Shown piece after piece: positions 1 through 10,322 of a stretch of DNA of 64,000 nt. Source of the DNA: Candidatus Omnitrophota bacterium (lineage in GTDB: Bacteria > Omnitrophota > Gorgyraeia > Gygaellales > Profunditerraquicolaceae); NCBI GenBank assembly GCA_016208765.1, contig JACQXK010000009.1:20819-84818 (forward strand), read 5' to 3'. The translations under genes were made by a program, and so were the position numbers. The notes beneath the pieces are model-generated. The model made no database searches and was not told where the DNA came from. It worked only from the letters and a program-made list of their open reading frames with translations. Position 1 is the first letter of the stretch. The number at the start of each line of letters is the position of its first letter.

Positions 1-22
1 GTGTCATCTTGGCCATAAAGCT

Positions 23-1525
23 ATGATCCTAAAACCCCGCCTTGAAGATATAAAAATAATTTTCTTCTATTTGGGTAAAATTATGATCGGCCTTGGCCTT
101 GTCATGGTTTTACCGGCACTCTTAGGCCTGGCCTTGGGTGAAGTTAATCCTATGCTTGATTTTGTTTTAGCATTGGAAGTAACGCTGATTTTCGGTTTAA
201 TTTTAACCAAGCTTTGCGCCACCAGTAAAGACCTTAACTGGATGCACGGGATGATTGTGGTCAGCCTTTCATGGGTTGTTGCGATGATCTTGGGGGCAAT
301 ACCATTATATTTAAGCGGCCATTGGAAATCATTTTTAGATGCGTGTTTTGATACAATGTCCGGATTCACCACTACAGGGCTAACCTTGGTTTGTGACTTG
401 GATCACCTTTCTTATGCCCACAATTTCTGGAGGCACTTCGGGCCTTTTATAGGAGGGCAAGGTATCACTGTGGTTGCGCTGTCTTTTTTTGTGAAAGGGA
501 CATCTGGCGCGTTTAAAATGTATGTCGGAGAAGCCCGGGATGAAAAACTGGCGCCCAATGTAGTTGATACTGCGCGTTTTATTTGGTTTATCAGCATTAT
601 TTATTTGATTATTGGAACACTAAGTTTAGGGGTGGCAGGAATTTTTCTTGGGATGAAACCCTTTAGCGCCTTCTTTCATGGCGTATGTATTTTTATGGCT
701 GGGTTTGATACCGCAGGGTTTGCTCCGCAATCGCAAAACATTCTTTATTATCACAGTTTTATTTATGAGGCGATCATAGTTATAATTATGATTGCAGGCG
801 CGTTTAATTTTAATTTACATTATCAGCTGTGGATAGGCAACCGCAAGGAAATTTATAAAAATATTGAAAGCAAGGTTTTTCTTCTTTCGGTGTCGGCTTT
901 AGTTTTTGTAACAGCAGTTGGTTTACAGCAAATGCACATTTATGACAATGCTGTTATTTTATTCCGCAAAGGATTTTTCCAAGTTATCTCAGGCCATACA
1001 ACAACCGGGTACATGACAATTTACGCCCAGCAGTTTATCAGCGAATGGGGAAATTTTGCGTTAGTGGGTTTGATTTGTGCTATGGCGTTTGGAGGCAGCG
1101 CTTGTTCTACTGCCGGCGGCATTAAGATGTTGCGCCTGGGGATAATTTTTAAGGCGCTTAAAGAAGATTTAAAAAGAATTATTCTACCTGAAAAAGCTGT
1201 TGTCGTGCAGAGGTATCATCATATAAAAGAGGTTTTTCTGGAAGATAAAACTGTGCGCGCAGCGCTTTTAATCACGCTTTGTTATATTGTTTTGTTCGGC
1301 GTTGGTTCTCTTGTCGGGATGTTTTACGGGAATTCTTTTTTGACCTCGTTATTTGAATCTACTTCTGCTGCGGCTAATGTTGGTTTGTCCTGCGGGATTA
1401 CAAATGTAGATATGCCGGTAGGTTTAAAGCTAACCTATATTGTGCAGATGTGGGCCGGGCGTCTGGAATTTATGTCCATATTCACGTTGATCGGTTTTAT
1501 GGTCGCTGTGATAAAAGGAAAGTAA
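23..1525 (+). CDS. trkH: TrkH-family potassium uptake membrane protein
   Basis: Multi-TM protein with pore-loop motifs SGFTTTG, SGHTTTG, GSTAGGIK-like (CSTAGGIK), ANVGLS and GRLE. Confidence 0.92.
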   Translation: MILKPRLEDIKIIFFYLGKIMIGLGLVMVLPALLGLALGEVNPMLDFVLALEVTLIFGLILTKLCATSKDLNWMHGMIVVSLSWVVAMILGAIPLYLSGHWKSFLDACFDTMSGFTTTGLTLVCDLDHLSYAHNFWRHFGPFIGGQGITVVALSFFVKGTSGAFKMYVGEARDEKLAPNVVDTARFIWFISIIYLIIGTLSLGVAGIFLGMKPFSAFFHGVCIFMAGFDTAGFAPQSQNILYYHSFIYEAIIVIIMIAGAFNFNLHYQLWIGNRKEIYKNIESKVFLLSVSALVFVTAVGLQQMHIYDNAVILFRKGFFQVISGHTTTGYMTIYAQQFISEWGNFALVGLICAMAFGGSACSTAGGIKMLRLGIIFKALKEDLKRIILPEKAVVVQRYHHIKEVFLEDKTVRAALLITLCYIVLFGVGSLVGMFYGNSFLTSLFESTSAAANVGLSCGITNVDMPVGLKLTYIVQMWAGRLEFMSIFTLIGFMVAVIKGK

Positions 1526-2035
1526 ATGAAAAATAAAGTTCACAGTTTACGGTTTACAGTTTACAGTATTCTTTTCGCGCTGTTAACTGTAAATTGTACA
1601 TTATACACGTTCTGTTATGCTCAAATAATTTCTAGTAGCGAGTTGATCAATAATGCCAAAGAGTATGACGGTAAGGTTGTAACTTTTGAAGGCGAGGTTA
1701 TTGGGGATGTAATGGTGCGCGGGGATTTTGCCTGGGTTAATTTAAGCGATATAAGTAATGCTATTGGTATTTGGATGCCGGCGGATTTAGCGCGCCAAAT
1801 TGCATATACCGGCAGTTATAAATCAAAAGGAGATGCCCTTGAGGTTGCCGGGACTTTTCACCGCGCCTGCCCGGAGCATGGGGGAGATTTAGATATTCAC
1901 GCGTTGTCTTTGCGAAAGACCGACGCAGGGCGGCTTATTAAAGAGAGGGTGAACCAGAGCAAGAAAGTTTATGTTTTTATTTTATTGGGGGTATTGGGGT
2001 TGGCATGGATATTAACACTCTTAAAACACAAATAG
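1526..2035 (+). CDS. Exported OB-fold-like hypothetical protein with C-terminal TM helix
   Basis: Signal peptide, YDGKVVTFEGEVIGD beta-rich motif, hydrophobic C-terminus; starts immediately after trkH stop. Confidence 0.65.
   Translation: MKNKVHSLRFTVYSILFALLTVNCTLYTFCYAQIISSSELINNAKEYDGKVVTFEGEVIGDVMVRGDFAWVNLSDISNAIGIWMPADLARQIAYTGSYKSKGDALEVAGTFHRACPEHGGDLDIHALSLRKTDAGRLIKERVNQSKKVYVFILLGVLGLAWILTLLKHK
1537..1607. repeat. Heptamer arrays (AGTTTAC-like x4, then inverted CTGTAAA-like x4) inside signal-peptide coding region
   Basis: agttcac agtttac ggtttac agtttac ... ctgttaa ctgtaaa ttgtaca ttataca. Confidence 0.7.
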
Positions 2036-3069
2036 AATCTGAAATCCTTCAGGTTAATTCTACCGAGGAGTTAGAGGCATTTCGCGCCAAATACCTGGGA
2101 AGAAAAGGCGCCTTGGCAGAACTTACCGGCATGATCCCCCAGCTGCCGGTTGAACAACGCTCCGGCCTTGGCCAGCAGGTAAATGCGCTTAAAAATAATT
2201 TACAGGCATTAATAACCGAGAGGCAAAATAAACTTTCTGGAGTTTCAGCTCAACAAAATGTTTTAGTTAATTGTGATATCGGCATGCCTGGAATTGCCCA
2301 AGATTTAGGAAGGCTGCATCCTATTACCCAGATTATTGAAGAGATAAATGCAGTTTTTGTGAATATGGGATTTGTAGTTGCCGACGGGCCGGAGGTGGAA
2401 ACCGAGTTTAATAATTTTACCGGTTTAAACATCCCGCTTGATCATCCCTCGCGTGATGCCTTTGATACTTTTTATATTAAGCCGTTGGTCAGAAATAGCG
2501 AAATACAGGCGACCGGCGACAGGCGACCGGCGACAGGTGGACTATTGTTACGTAGCCATACCTCTCCGGTGCAGGTGCGCGCAATGAAGAGCCGTAAGCC
2601 TCCGTTAGCAGTAATTGTTCCGGGAAGGGTGTATCGGCCAGATGCAGTAGATGCCAGCCATTTATTTATGTTTCATCAGATAGAAGGTTTCATGGTGGAT
2701 ACTAATGTTACTTTTTCGGGGCTTAAGGGCATTTTGGAAACTTTTGCCAAGGAAGTATTTGGGGAAGAAATCAAGATGCGTTTCCGGCCGCATTTTTTTC
2801 CTTTTACCGAGCCTTCTGCAGAAGTGGACATTTCCTGTATTATTTGCAAAGGAAAAGGTTGTTCGGTTTGCGGGAGAAAAGGCTGGTTGGAAATATTAGG
2901 CGCAGGAATGATCCATCCCAATGTATTTAAGCAGGTTGGTTATGACCCAAAAAAATATAGCGGCTTTGCTTTCGGCATGGGGATTGAAAGAATTGCCATG
3001 TTAAAATACGGGATAAATGATATCAGGTTATTTTTTGAGAACGATTTGAGATTTTTAAAACAATTTTAA
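2005..3069 (+). CDS. pheS: Phenylalanine--tRNA ligase alpha subunit
   Basis: HPSRDAFDTFY, LLRSHTSPVQ, FHQIEG, FPFTEPS, GFAFGMGIERIAM motifs. Confidence 0.97.
   Translation: MDINTLKTQIESEILQVNSTEELEAFRAKYLGRKGALAELTGMIPQLPVEQRSGLGQQVNALKNNLQALITERQNKLSGVSAQQNVLVNCDIGMPGIAQDLGRLHPITQIIEEINAVFVNMGFVVADGPEVETEFNNFTGLNIPLDHPSRDAFDTFYIKPLVRNSEIQATGDRRPATGGLLLRSHTSPVQVRAMKSRKPPLAVIVPGRVYRPDAVDASHLFMFHQIEGFMVDTNVTFSGLKGILETFAKEVFGEEIKMRFRPHFFPFTEPSAEVDISCIICKGKGCSVCGRKGWLEILGAGMIHPNVFKQVGYDPKKYSGFAFGMGIERIAMLKYGINDIRLFFENDLRFLKQF
2508..2535 (+). repeat. In-frame heptamer array GGCGAC[AC] x4 within pheS
   Basis: ggcgacc ggcgaca ggcgacc ggcgaca encoding QATGDRRPATG. Confidence 0.9.
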
Positions 3070-3070
3070 T

Positions 3071-5107
3071 ATGAAAGTTACCTATAATTGGCTAAAAGAT
3101 TTTGTTGAGATCAAGCTTTCTCCTCAGGCCTTGGCAGATAAATTGACCATGGCCGGATTAGAGGTAAAGGCTATTGAGGAAAAAGAAGGGGACTTTGTAT
3201 TTGAGATAGAAATAACCTCTAACCGCCCGGATTGGTTAAGCGTCGTTGGTATTGCGCGGGAAGTCGCAGCGATTACCGGCAAAAAGTTAAATGTTAAAAG
3301 CCTGGCTCTTAATTTTAAGAATTTTAAACATCGCGCTTTAAACATTAATCAATTCAATATTAATATTGAATCTCCCAAAGACTGCCCTCTATATACCGCT
3401 AAAATTCTGCATAATGTTAAAGTGGGACAATCCCCGGCTTGGCTTAAAAATCGCCTGGAGATGGTCGGCTGCCGCAGTATAAATAACATCGTGGATATTA
3501 CAAATTATGTTCTTTTTGAGCAGGGCCAGCCATTACACGCATTTGATTTGGATAAATTATCTTCTAAGGAAATTATTGTGCGCCGTGCAAAGCAAGGCGA
3601 GAAACTTGTTACCCTTGATGCCGCAGAAAAAAGTTTAACCAAGGATATATTGGTGATTGCCGATAAAAATAATCCTGTGGCTATCGCCGGTGTAATGGGC
3701 GGGAAAGATACAGAGGTTACTCAGGATACAAAAAATATTTTATTAGAAGCTGCGGTCTTTAACCCGGCAGTGGTGCGTTTTGGCCGTCAGTTGCTTGGGT
3801 TAAACAGTGAGTCAAGTTACAGGTTTGAAAGGGGAGTAAATACGCAGGCAGTTGAGTTTGCCTCACTGCGGGCAACAAGATTAATGCAGGATTTATCCCC
3901 AGCAGAATATATTGGAGAAAAATCATCCGGCAGAGCGGGTAAAAACAAAAAAAATATTATTTTTGATGCTCTTTGTGTTCAAGAAAAATTAGGCATCCGC
4001 GTGCCTAACGTGCAGATAAAAACAATACTTACGCATCTTGGTTTTAGCATAAAAACAAAAAGCAAAAACGCCTTGATAATTGGGGTGCCTGGTTTCCGCC
4101 CGGATGTAAATTGCGCAGAGGATCTTATTGAGGAAATAGCGCGCATCTACGGTTATGAAAAGATAAAGACAACAATCCCCGCGGTTAAGCCCCAAGCTAA
4201 ATTTGCAGGCAACAGAGAATTGGTTTTGTTGACAAAAAATATTTTAACAGGCCTTGGATTAAATGAGGCAATAACTTACAGCCTTATTGATCGTGAATTA
4301 CTCAGCTTATATGCAAATACCGATGCTGTTGCTGAGGTCCGTAATCCTTTAAGCAAAGAGCAGGAAATTTTAAGGCCGGTTATCGTGCCCAGCTTGCTGC
4401 GCTGCGTGAGTTATAACTTGAACCAAAATCAGGAATTGGTAAATATTTTTGAAATTGCCAAGGTTTATTTGCCTGCCGGCGGCGTTATAAATGAAGAGCT
4501 GCATCTGGGAATTGTTCTTTGCGGGGAAAGAAACTTATTGCTTGAGCAGGGAAAGCTTAAAGATAAAATGAGCCTGCTGCATGTGAAGGGTATTTTAGAG
4601 GAGCTTGCGTCGCGAATGGGGATTGAAGATGTTGCTTTTTCCTGGGAAACCCCGGATACTGCGGGAGCTTTTGTAAATAAACAAAAAATCGGCATTATAG
4701 GGTGCCTGACACAGCAGGTTTTGGGAAAATTAGACATAAAACATAAAGACGTGTTTATCCTTGAAGTTTCCCTGGATAAACTTTTTAATTGTGTGAGCCT
4801 TAAGAAAAGATTTACTCCGCTTCCTAAGTTCCCGGGGATTATTAGGGACATTAGCTTTGTTGTAAAAAGCAGCATTAGTGTGAAAGAAATTATAGATGTC
4901 ATTAAAATAGCGGGCAAGCCGTTATTAGAGAATGTTGAAGTGACAGATTATTATCAGGGGCGCCAGATCCCTGCCGGAAGCAGGGGATTGACTATTTCCT
5001 GTTTCTATCGCCTTTTAGAGCGCACGCTGACTGAGGAAGAAATAAACCCTGTTCATACCAGCGCAGCCAGGCTCTTGACAGAAAAGTTTGGAGCAACGCT
5101 AAGGTAG
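3071..5107 (+). CDS. pheT: Phenylalanine--tRNA ligase beta subunit (short form lacking B2 domain)
   Basis: ITSNRPD, GQPLHAFD, RFERG, DLIEEIARIYGY, C-terminal FDX-ACB domain; 678 aa. Confidence 0.95.
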   Translation: MKVTYNWLKDFVEIKLSPQALADKLTMAGLEVKAIEEKEGDFVFEIEITSNRPDWLSVVGIAREVAAITGKKLNVKSLALNFKNFKHRALNINQFNINIESPKDCPLYTAKILHNVKVGQSPAWLKNRLEMVGCRSINNIVDITNYVLFEQGQPLHAFDLDKLSSKEIIVRRAKQGEKLVTLDAAEKSLTKDILVIADKNNPVAIAGVMGGKDTEVTQDTKNILLEAAVFNPAVVRFGRQLLGLNSESSYRFERGVNTQAVEFASLRATRLMQDLSPAEYIGEKSSGRAGKNKKNIIFDALCVQEKLGIRVPNVQIKTILTHLGFSIKTKSKNALIIGVPGFRPDVNCAEDLIEEIARIYGYEKIKTTIPAVKPQAKFAGNRELVLLTKNILTGLGLNEAITYSLIDRELLSLYANTDAVAEVRNPLSKEQEILRPVIVPSLLRCVSYNLNQNQELVNIFEIAKVYLPAGGVINEELHLGIVLCGERNLLLEQGKLKDKMSLLHVKGILEELASRMGIEDVAFSWETPDTAGAFVNKQKIGIIGCLTQQVLGKLDIKHKDVFILEVSLDKLFNCVSLKKRFTPLPKFPGIIRDISFVVKSSISVKEIIDVIKIAGKPLLENVEVTDYYQGRQIPAGSRGLTISCFYRLLERTLTEEEINPVHTSAARLLTEKFGATLR

Positions 5108-5128
5108 AAAAAGCGGTTTCTAGCCAGT

Positions 5129-5157
5129 TTGATTTCATATTAAAAGTATGGTATACT
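5129..5157 (+). promoter_or_regulatory. Sigma70-type promoter for 6S RNA
   Basis: TTGATT-17nt-TATACT with TG extended -10. Confidence 0.6.
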
Positions 5158-5181
5158 TTTTACAGGAAAGAGGAAAAATTT

Positions 5182-5337
5182 AATCCCTGCGGTGCGCGTT
5201 GGAGATTTTGATAATTATTGAACCAACATTATTATCAAGGGAGCCCAGAATTCCGCGACGGTTTTCCGTACAGGAGAGGGCACCCACCTGAAACCAACCG
5301 GTTCAGATGTCAACCCAACGGCATTTCCGCGGGGATT
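5182..5337 (+). ncRNA. ssrS: Probable 6S RNA
   Basis: Long closing stem aatccctgcgg..gcgttgg / ccaacggc..ccgcggggatt, internal ttgaacc, gggagcc, ggcacccacctg and ggttca segments typical of 6S RNA; located just after pheT. Confidence 0.75.
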
Positions 5338-5456
5338 TTTTATTGAGGTCACAACTTATGGAGGGAGCAACGCGAACGAACATAAGTTGCAGCGAAGCGT
5401 CCGCGAATTAATACCTCTTCCGCCATATTGGGGGAAGAGGTATATTCATACCCACT

Positions 5457-6782
5457 ATGTCAGATCTTTTCAACGAAGAACAAAACCATAATAATTATAA
5501 AGAGTTGCCGCTTGCAGTGCGTATGCGTCCGCGCACTTTAGAGGAATTTGCCGGCCAGGGGCATATTTTAGGTAAAGGCAAACTTTTGCGCCGTGCAATT
5601 GAAGCTGACCGCCTGAGTTCGCTTGTTTTATTCGGGCCTCCTGGATGCGGGAAAACTTCCCTCGCCTGGTGTATTGCCAATGTTACCAAGGCTCATTATT
5701 TTGCTATTAATGCCGCTACTTCTAATGTTGAGGAGCTGCGTAAAATCATTGCCGCAGTAAAGCTGCGCAGAAAGAATACCGGTAAAAGAAGTATTTTATT
5801 TATTGATGAGATACATCGTTTTAATAAGTCCCAGCAGGATTGTTTGTTGCCGGACGTAGAAGAGGGGAACCCGATTTTAATCGGAGCCACTGTGCACAAC
5901 CCGTATTTTTCTCTAACCTCGGCTCTTTTATCGCGGTCGTTAGTTTGTGAATTAAAGGGTTTAAGCCAAAAAGAGATTGTCCAGGTTTTGAATTCGGCGC
6001 TAAAGGATAAAGAGCGCGGTTTCGGAAACTTAAAAATTAATTTAGATCCTCAGGCGCTGGAATTTTTAGCTAAGACCTGCGAAGGGGATGCCCGTCGGGC
6101 GCTTAGCGCTTTGGAGATCGGGGTCTTAACCACACAAAATAACCAAGACGGGAATATTGAAATCAATTTAGAAGTAGCTGCTGAGTCAATTCAGAAAAAG
6201 CCGGTGGTATATGATAATGCCGGAGATGCGCATTATGACACTGCCTCGGCATTTATTAAATCTATGCGCGGTTCCGACCCGGATGCGGCAATTTATTGGA
6301 TGGCGAAAATGCTCTATGCCGGGGAGGATCCGCGTTTTATCGCGCGCAGGATTTGTATTTTAGCTGCTGAAGATGTAGGCAACGCCGACCCTTTGGCCCT
6401 GGTGCTGGCCAATGCAGCGCTTGAGGTGGCTGAGTTTGTGGGGATGCCGGAGGCAAGGATACCTTTGGCGCAGGCTTGTATTTATGTGTCTTGCGCGCCA
6501 AAATCAAACGCAAGCTATATGGCTATTGACAAAGCCTACAAAGATATAGAAAATGAAAGATTGCAGGAGGTTCCTGAGCATCTTAAGGATGCCTCTTATA
6601 AAGGAGCGGAAAAATTAGGCCATGGCAAAGGATATAGGTACGCGCATGATTATCCTGGCCATTATGTGGACCAGCAATATACGCCTAAGGGCGTGAAATA
6701 TTATGAACCGACGGAAATGGGCTTTGAGGCAAAGATCAAGGAGAGAATGAAAAAACTAAAAAAACAAGGAGAGAAAGAATGA
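5457..6782 (+). CDS. rarA: Replication-associated recombination protein A (RarA/MgsA AAA+ ATPase)
   Basis: PLAVRMRP, GPPGCGKT, FIDEIHRFNKSQQD, SAFIKSMRGSDPDAA. Confidence 0.95.
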   Translation: MSDLFNEEQNHNNYKELPLAVRMRPRTLEEFAGQGHILGKGKLLRRAIEADRLSSLVLFGPPGCGKTSLAWCIANVTKAHYFAINAATSNVEELRKIIAAVKLRRKNTGKRSILFIDEIHRFNKSQQDCLLPDVEEGNPILIGATVHNPYFSLTSALLSRSLVCELKGLSQKEIVQVLNSALKDKERGFGNLKINLDPQALEFLAKTCEGDARRALSALEIGVLTTQNNQDGNIEINLEVAAESIQKKPVVYDNAGDAHYDTASAFIKSMRGSDPDAAIYWMAKMLYAGEDPRFIARRICILAAEDVGNADPLALVLANAALEVAEFVGMPEARIPLAQACIYVSCAPKSNASYMAIDKAYKDIENERLQEVPEHLKDASYKGAEKLGHGKGYRYAHDYPGHYVDQQYTPKGVKYYEPTEMGFEAKIKERMKKLKKQGEKE

Positions 6783-7237
6783 AGAAAATAATTGCAGTGG
6801 TTTGCAGTGCATTTATGATGGTAGCTACTTTAGGTTGCCAAAGCAATAAAACACGGGTAGCAGAAGGTTCGGTAATAGGAGGATTGTTGGGCGGGGCTGC
6901 AGGCGGCATTATCGGGCACCAGAGCGGACACGGCGGAGAAGGCGCTGCAATTGGGATAGCAGCCGGGGCATTGACCGGTGCGCTCATTGGAAGCCAGATC
7001 AACAAACCTGCACAAACAGAAACTGCTGCGCAGGCACAACCGCAGCAGGCAGCTAATCCCAACCAGATGACCCTCCAGCAGGTAGTGGATTTATCCAAGC
7101 AGGGGGTGAGTGAGACGGTGATTATTGATAAACTCAAATCTTCAAATTCAAAATTTAATTTAACCCAGGCTGATATTGATTACCTAAAACAACAAAAAGT
7201 CCCACAGAGTGTTATTGACGTAATGTCAGGAAAATGA
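6779..7237 (+). CDS. Glycine-zipper lipoprotein
   Basis: Lipobox [30 protein letters not shown] zipper; ATGA overlaps with both neighbours. Confidence 0.8.
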   Translation: MKKIIAVVCSAFMMVATLGCQSNKTRVAEGSVIGGLLGGAAGGIIGHQSGHGGEGAAIGIAAGALTGALIGSQINKPAQTETAAQAQPQQAANPNQMTLQQVVDLSKQGVSETVIIDKLKSSNSKFNLTQADIDYLKQQKVPQSVIDVMSGK

Positions 7238-10200
7238 GCACAATGCTTTTAATTGCGATTACCGGCGGAGTGGTGATGATAGGGTATGCGTTATATTCCA
7301 TATTCATCCCCGGCTCCGAAACAAATGAAAAGAAGACGGGGGGGAAGAATTTTTCTGCTCAGGCGGCACTTGTTGTTAATGAGCAAAAAGAGCAAAAGGC
7401 GCAAAAACTTCAGGGGCAAATGAATGTTTTAGAAAAAGAGCTGGTGCGTATTCAGGCAGAAAGCGCTCAGGAAAAGCTGGACATGGAATTGGCGAAAAAG
7501 AAAGAAGCGGAATTAGAATCAGAACTCTTGCGCAGGCAGGAATGGGTGTCTAAATCCGAAGGGATGTTGAAAAAGGTAAAAGATGAAAACCTGGAATTAA
7601 GAAAACATTTTCTGGTTAAGGAGAATCTTTTAGAGGAGGAGTTTGCCAAAAATGTTAATCTGGCTAAAGAAGCTCGTCTGCTTAATGAAAAGATTGCGGC
7701 ATTAGATAAAGAGTTAAAAGAAAAAGCAGAGCAAATTGAGATCCAGAAACATCAAATAGAAAAATACCTAAAAGAGAATAAAGAGCAGTCAGGAATTATT
7801 GCGCAACAAAAAAAGAAGGAAGAATCCAGCGAATGGGTGCCAAAGCAGGATTTTAATAAGCTTAATGAGGAGTATACTGAATTAGAAAAAGACCTGGAAG
7901 CGCGCGATGAGAAACTGCGTATTTTTGCCGAGGAGATCACGCATTTAAAACAGCAGTTAGCTGATAAAAAAATTGCTCAGCCTGTAAAAGAAGAAGTCAT
8001 TATTGAGGAAGCTCCTGTTGAAGAGGTTATCATCAAGGAGCCTGTTGTTCCTGAGGTTCAGGTTGTTGAGCCAGCTCCGGAAAAAGGAGTTTCTCTTGAA
8101 GTTGCAAATGTAGTTGAATCAAATATAGAGGAAGTAACACCGGCTCCTGTTATTGAAGAAAAACCCGCTGAAGAAATACACGAAGAGCCGGAAAAAGAAG
8201 CTAAGAAAAAAGAAGGCGAGTTGCTTCCGGCGGTTAACCTGGAAAAACTGCGTAATATCGGCATCATGGCGCATATTGATGCCGGAAAGACCACCCTTAC
8301 CGAGCGCATCCTTTTTTATACAGGTAAATCTCACAAGATCGGCGAGGTGCACGAGGGCGCTACGCAAATGGATTGGATGAAACAGGAGAGAGAGCGGGGC
8401 ATTACTATTACTGCGGCGGCAACGACTTGTTTCTGGAACAATTACCGCATAAATATTATTGATACTCCGGGGCATGTGGATTTTACAGTGGAAGTGGAAA
8501 GGTCTTTGCGTGTTTTAGACGGGGCAGTGGCAGTGTTTTGCGCTGTAGGAGGCGTGGAACCGCAATCTGAAACTGTGTGGCACCAGTCAAATAAATATAA
8601 TGTTCCCAAGATCGCATTTGTAAATAAAATGGACCGTACAGGAGCTGACTTTTATGCAGTGCTTAAAGGGATAGAACATGATTTGGGAGGAAATGTTATC
8701 CCTCTTGAGGTTCCCATTGGAAGTGAAGATAACTTCCAGGGGGTGGTGGACTTGATTGAAATGAAGGCATATTATTATATTGAAGAAACGCAGGGGAAAG
8801 ATTTTCGTATCGCAGAAATTCCCGCAGAATACCAGGAGAAGGCCAGGGAATACCGCAAGATTTTAGTAGAAAAGGCTGCGAGCTTTGATGAGGCGCTTAC
8901 TCAAAAATTCCTTGAGGCGGAAAGCTCCATAACTACTGAAGAAATTGTAGCAGCAATCCGTAAGGGAACAATTGCCAATAAAGGCGTGCCTGTTTTGTGC
9001 GGTGCGGCGTTTAAGAATAAAGGTATTCAGAAACTGCTTGATGCGGTAAATCTATTTTTGCCCTCTCCGTTAGATCTACCTGCGGTAACCGGGCACGACC
9101 CCGAGGACAAGGAAAAGGAATTTTTGCGCCGGCCGGTGATTGAAGAACCATTCTCCGGGTTGGCTTTTAAAGTTCAGGCAGATCCGCATATGGGAAAATT
9201 AGTTTATGTGCGGGTCTATTCAGGGGTGTTAAATACAGGAACGTATATTTTAAATTCTACAGTTGACAAGAGAGAGCGCGTCGGAAGGATTGTGCGCATG
9301 CATGCTAATCAAAGAGAAAATATTGATTACGCCTGCGCCGGAGATATTGTAGCGGTTGTCGGTTTATCAAATACAATTACAGGGCACACGCTTTGCGACC
9401 CGGGTTACCCGATACTTTTAGAAGCAATCCAGTTTCCTGTGCCGGTTGTGTCATTGAGTATTGCTCCAAAGAGCCGCTCGGATCAGGATAAATTAGGAAG
9501 GGGCCTTGCCAAGCTTGCCGAAGAGGACCCGACGTTCCTGGTGCAAAGCGACGAGGAAACCAAAGAAACAATTTTGACCGGGATGGGAGAGTTGCATTTG
9601 GAGATTATCGTTGACAGGCTTAAGGAGGAGTTTGGGGTAGAGGCAATTGTGGGACAGCCTAAGGTTGCTTATCGCGAGACGATTATGGAGCCTGCCCAAG
9701 GGGAGAGCAAATATATCAAGCAATCCGGAGGCCGCGGGCAGTATGGGCATGTAATGCTGCGTCTTACTCCGCAAACTGCGGGAGAAGGATTTGAATTTGT
9801 AGATAGTATCAGAGGAGGAGCGATCCCGCGGTCATTTATCCCGGCAGTAGAAAAAGGCGTGATTGAAGCAATGCAAAAGGGCGCGTTTGCAGGTTTTCCT
9901 GTTGTGGATGTAAAGGTTGATCTTTATGACGGATCATTTCACGAGGTGGACTCTTCGGAAATCGCCTTTAAGATGGCTGCGATACTCGGGTTTAAGGAAA
10001 TATTTATGCGGGCAAAACCAATTCTTTTAGAGCCCTACATGTCTCTTGAGGTGAGCACTCTTGAGGAGCATGTGAATGGTTGTGTGGGTTTTATTTGTTC
10101 TCGGCGGGGAAAGATTATTAATATTGATGTAAAGGGTAAACAGAAAGTAATTTCTGCTGAGGTGCCCCTTGCGGAAATGTTTGGTTATGTTAGCAGTTTT

Positions 10201-10317
10201 CGTTCTCTAACCAGCGGACGCGCAAACGCGACCATGGAATTCTCCAAATACATGCAGGTGCCGCATGAAATCGCCCAGAAGATCATTGAGGAAAAACAGG
10301 CTAAGGAAAAGAAGTAA
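7234..10317 (+). CDS. fusA: Elongation factor G with N-terminal TM helix, coiled coil and acidic linker
   Basis: From ~aa 338: [61 protein letters not shown]; aa 1-330 are non-EF-G. Confidence 0.9.
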   Translation: MSTMLLIAITGGVVMIGYALYSIFIPGSETNEKKTGGKNFSAQAALVVNEQKEQKAQKLQGQMNVLEKELVRIQAESAQEKLDMELAKKKEAELESELLRRQEWVSKSEGMLKKVKDENLELRKHFLVKENLLEEEFAKNVNLAKEARLLNEKIAALDKELKEKAEQIEIQKHQIEKYLKENKEQSGIIAQQKKKEESSEWVPKQDFNKLNEEYTELEKDLEARDEKLRIFAEEITHLKQQLADKKIAQPVKEEVIIEEAPVEEVIIKEPVVPEVQVVEPAPEKGVSLEVANVVESNIEEVTPAPVIEEKPAEEIHEEPEKEAKKKEGELLPAVNLEKLRNIGIMAHIDAGKTTLTERILFYTGKSHKIGEVHEGATQMDWMKQERERGITITAAATTCFWNNYRINIIDTPGHVDFTVEVERSLRVLDGAVAVFCAVGGVEPQSETVWHQSNKYNVPKIAFVNKMDRTGADFYAVLKGIEHDLGGNVIPLEVPIGSEDNFQGVVDLIEMKAYYYIEETQGKDFRIAEIPAEYQEKAREYRKILVEKAASFDEALTQKFLEAESSITTEEIVAAIRKGTIANKGVPVLCGAAFKNKGIQKLLDAVNLFLPSPLDLPAVTGHDPEDKEKEFLRRPVIEEPFSGLAFKVQADPHMGKLVYVRVYSGVLNTGTYILNSTVDKRERVGRIVRMHANQRENIDYACAGDIVAVVGLSNTITGHTLCDPGYPILLEAIQFPVPVVSLSIAPKSRSDQDKLGRGLAKLAEEDPTFLVQSDEETKETILTGMGELHLEIIVDRLKEEFGVEAIVGQPKVAYRETIMEPAQGESKYIKQSGGRGQYGHVMLRLTPQTAGEGFEFVDSIRGGAIPRSFIPAVEKGVIEAMQKGAFAGFPVVDVKVDLYDGSFHEVDSSEIAFKMAAILGFKEIFMRAKPILLEPYMSLEVSTLEEHVNGCVGFICSRRGKIINIDVKGKQKVISAEVPLAEMFGYVSSFRSLTSGRANATMEFSKYMQVPHEIAQKIIEEKQAKEKK

Positions 10318-10322
10318 GATTT

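Noticed and set aside
1900-2005. T-box leader for pheS
   Set aside because: pheS overlaps the upstream gene; no room or T-box consensus.
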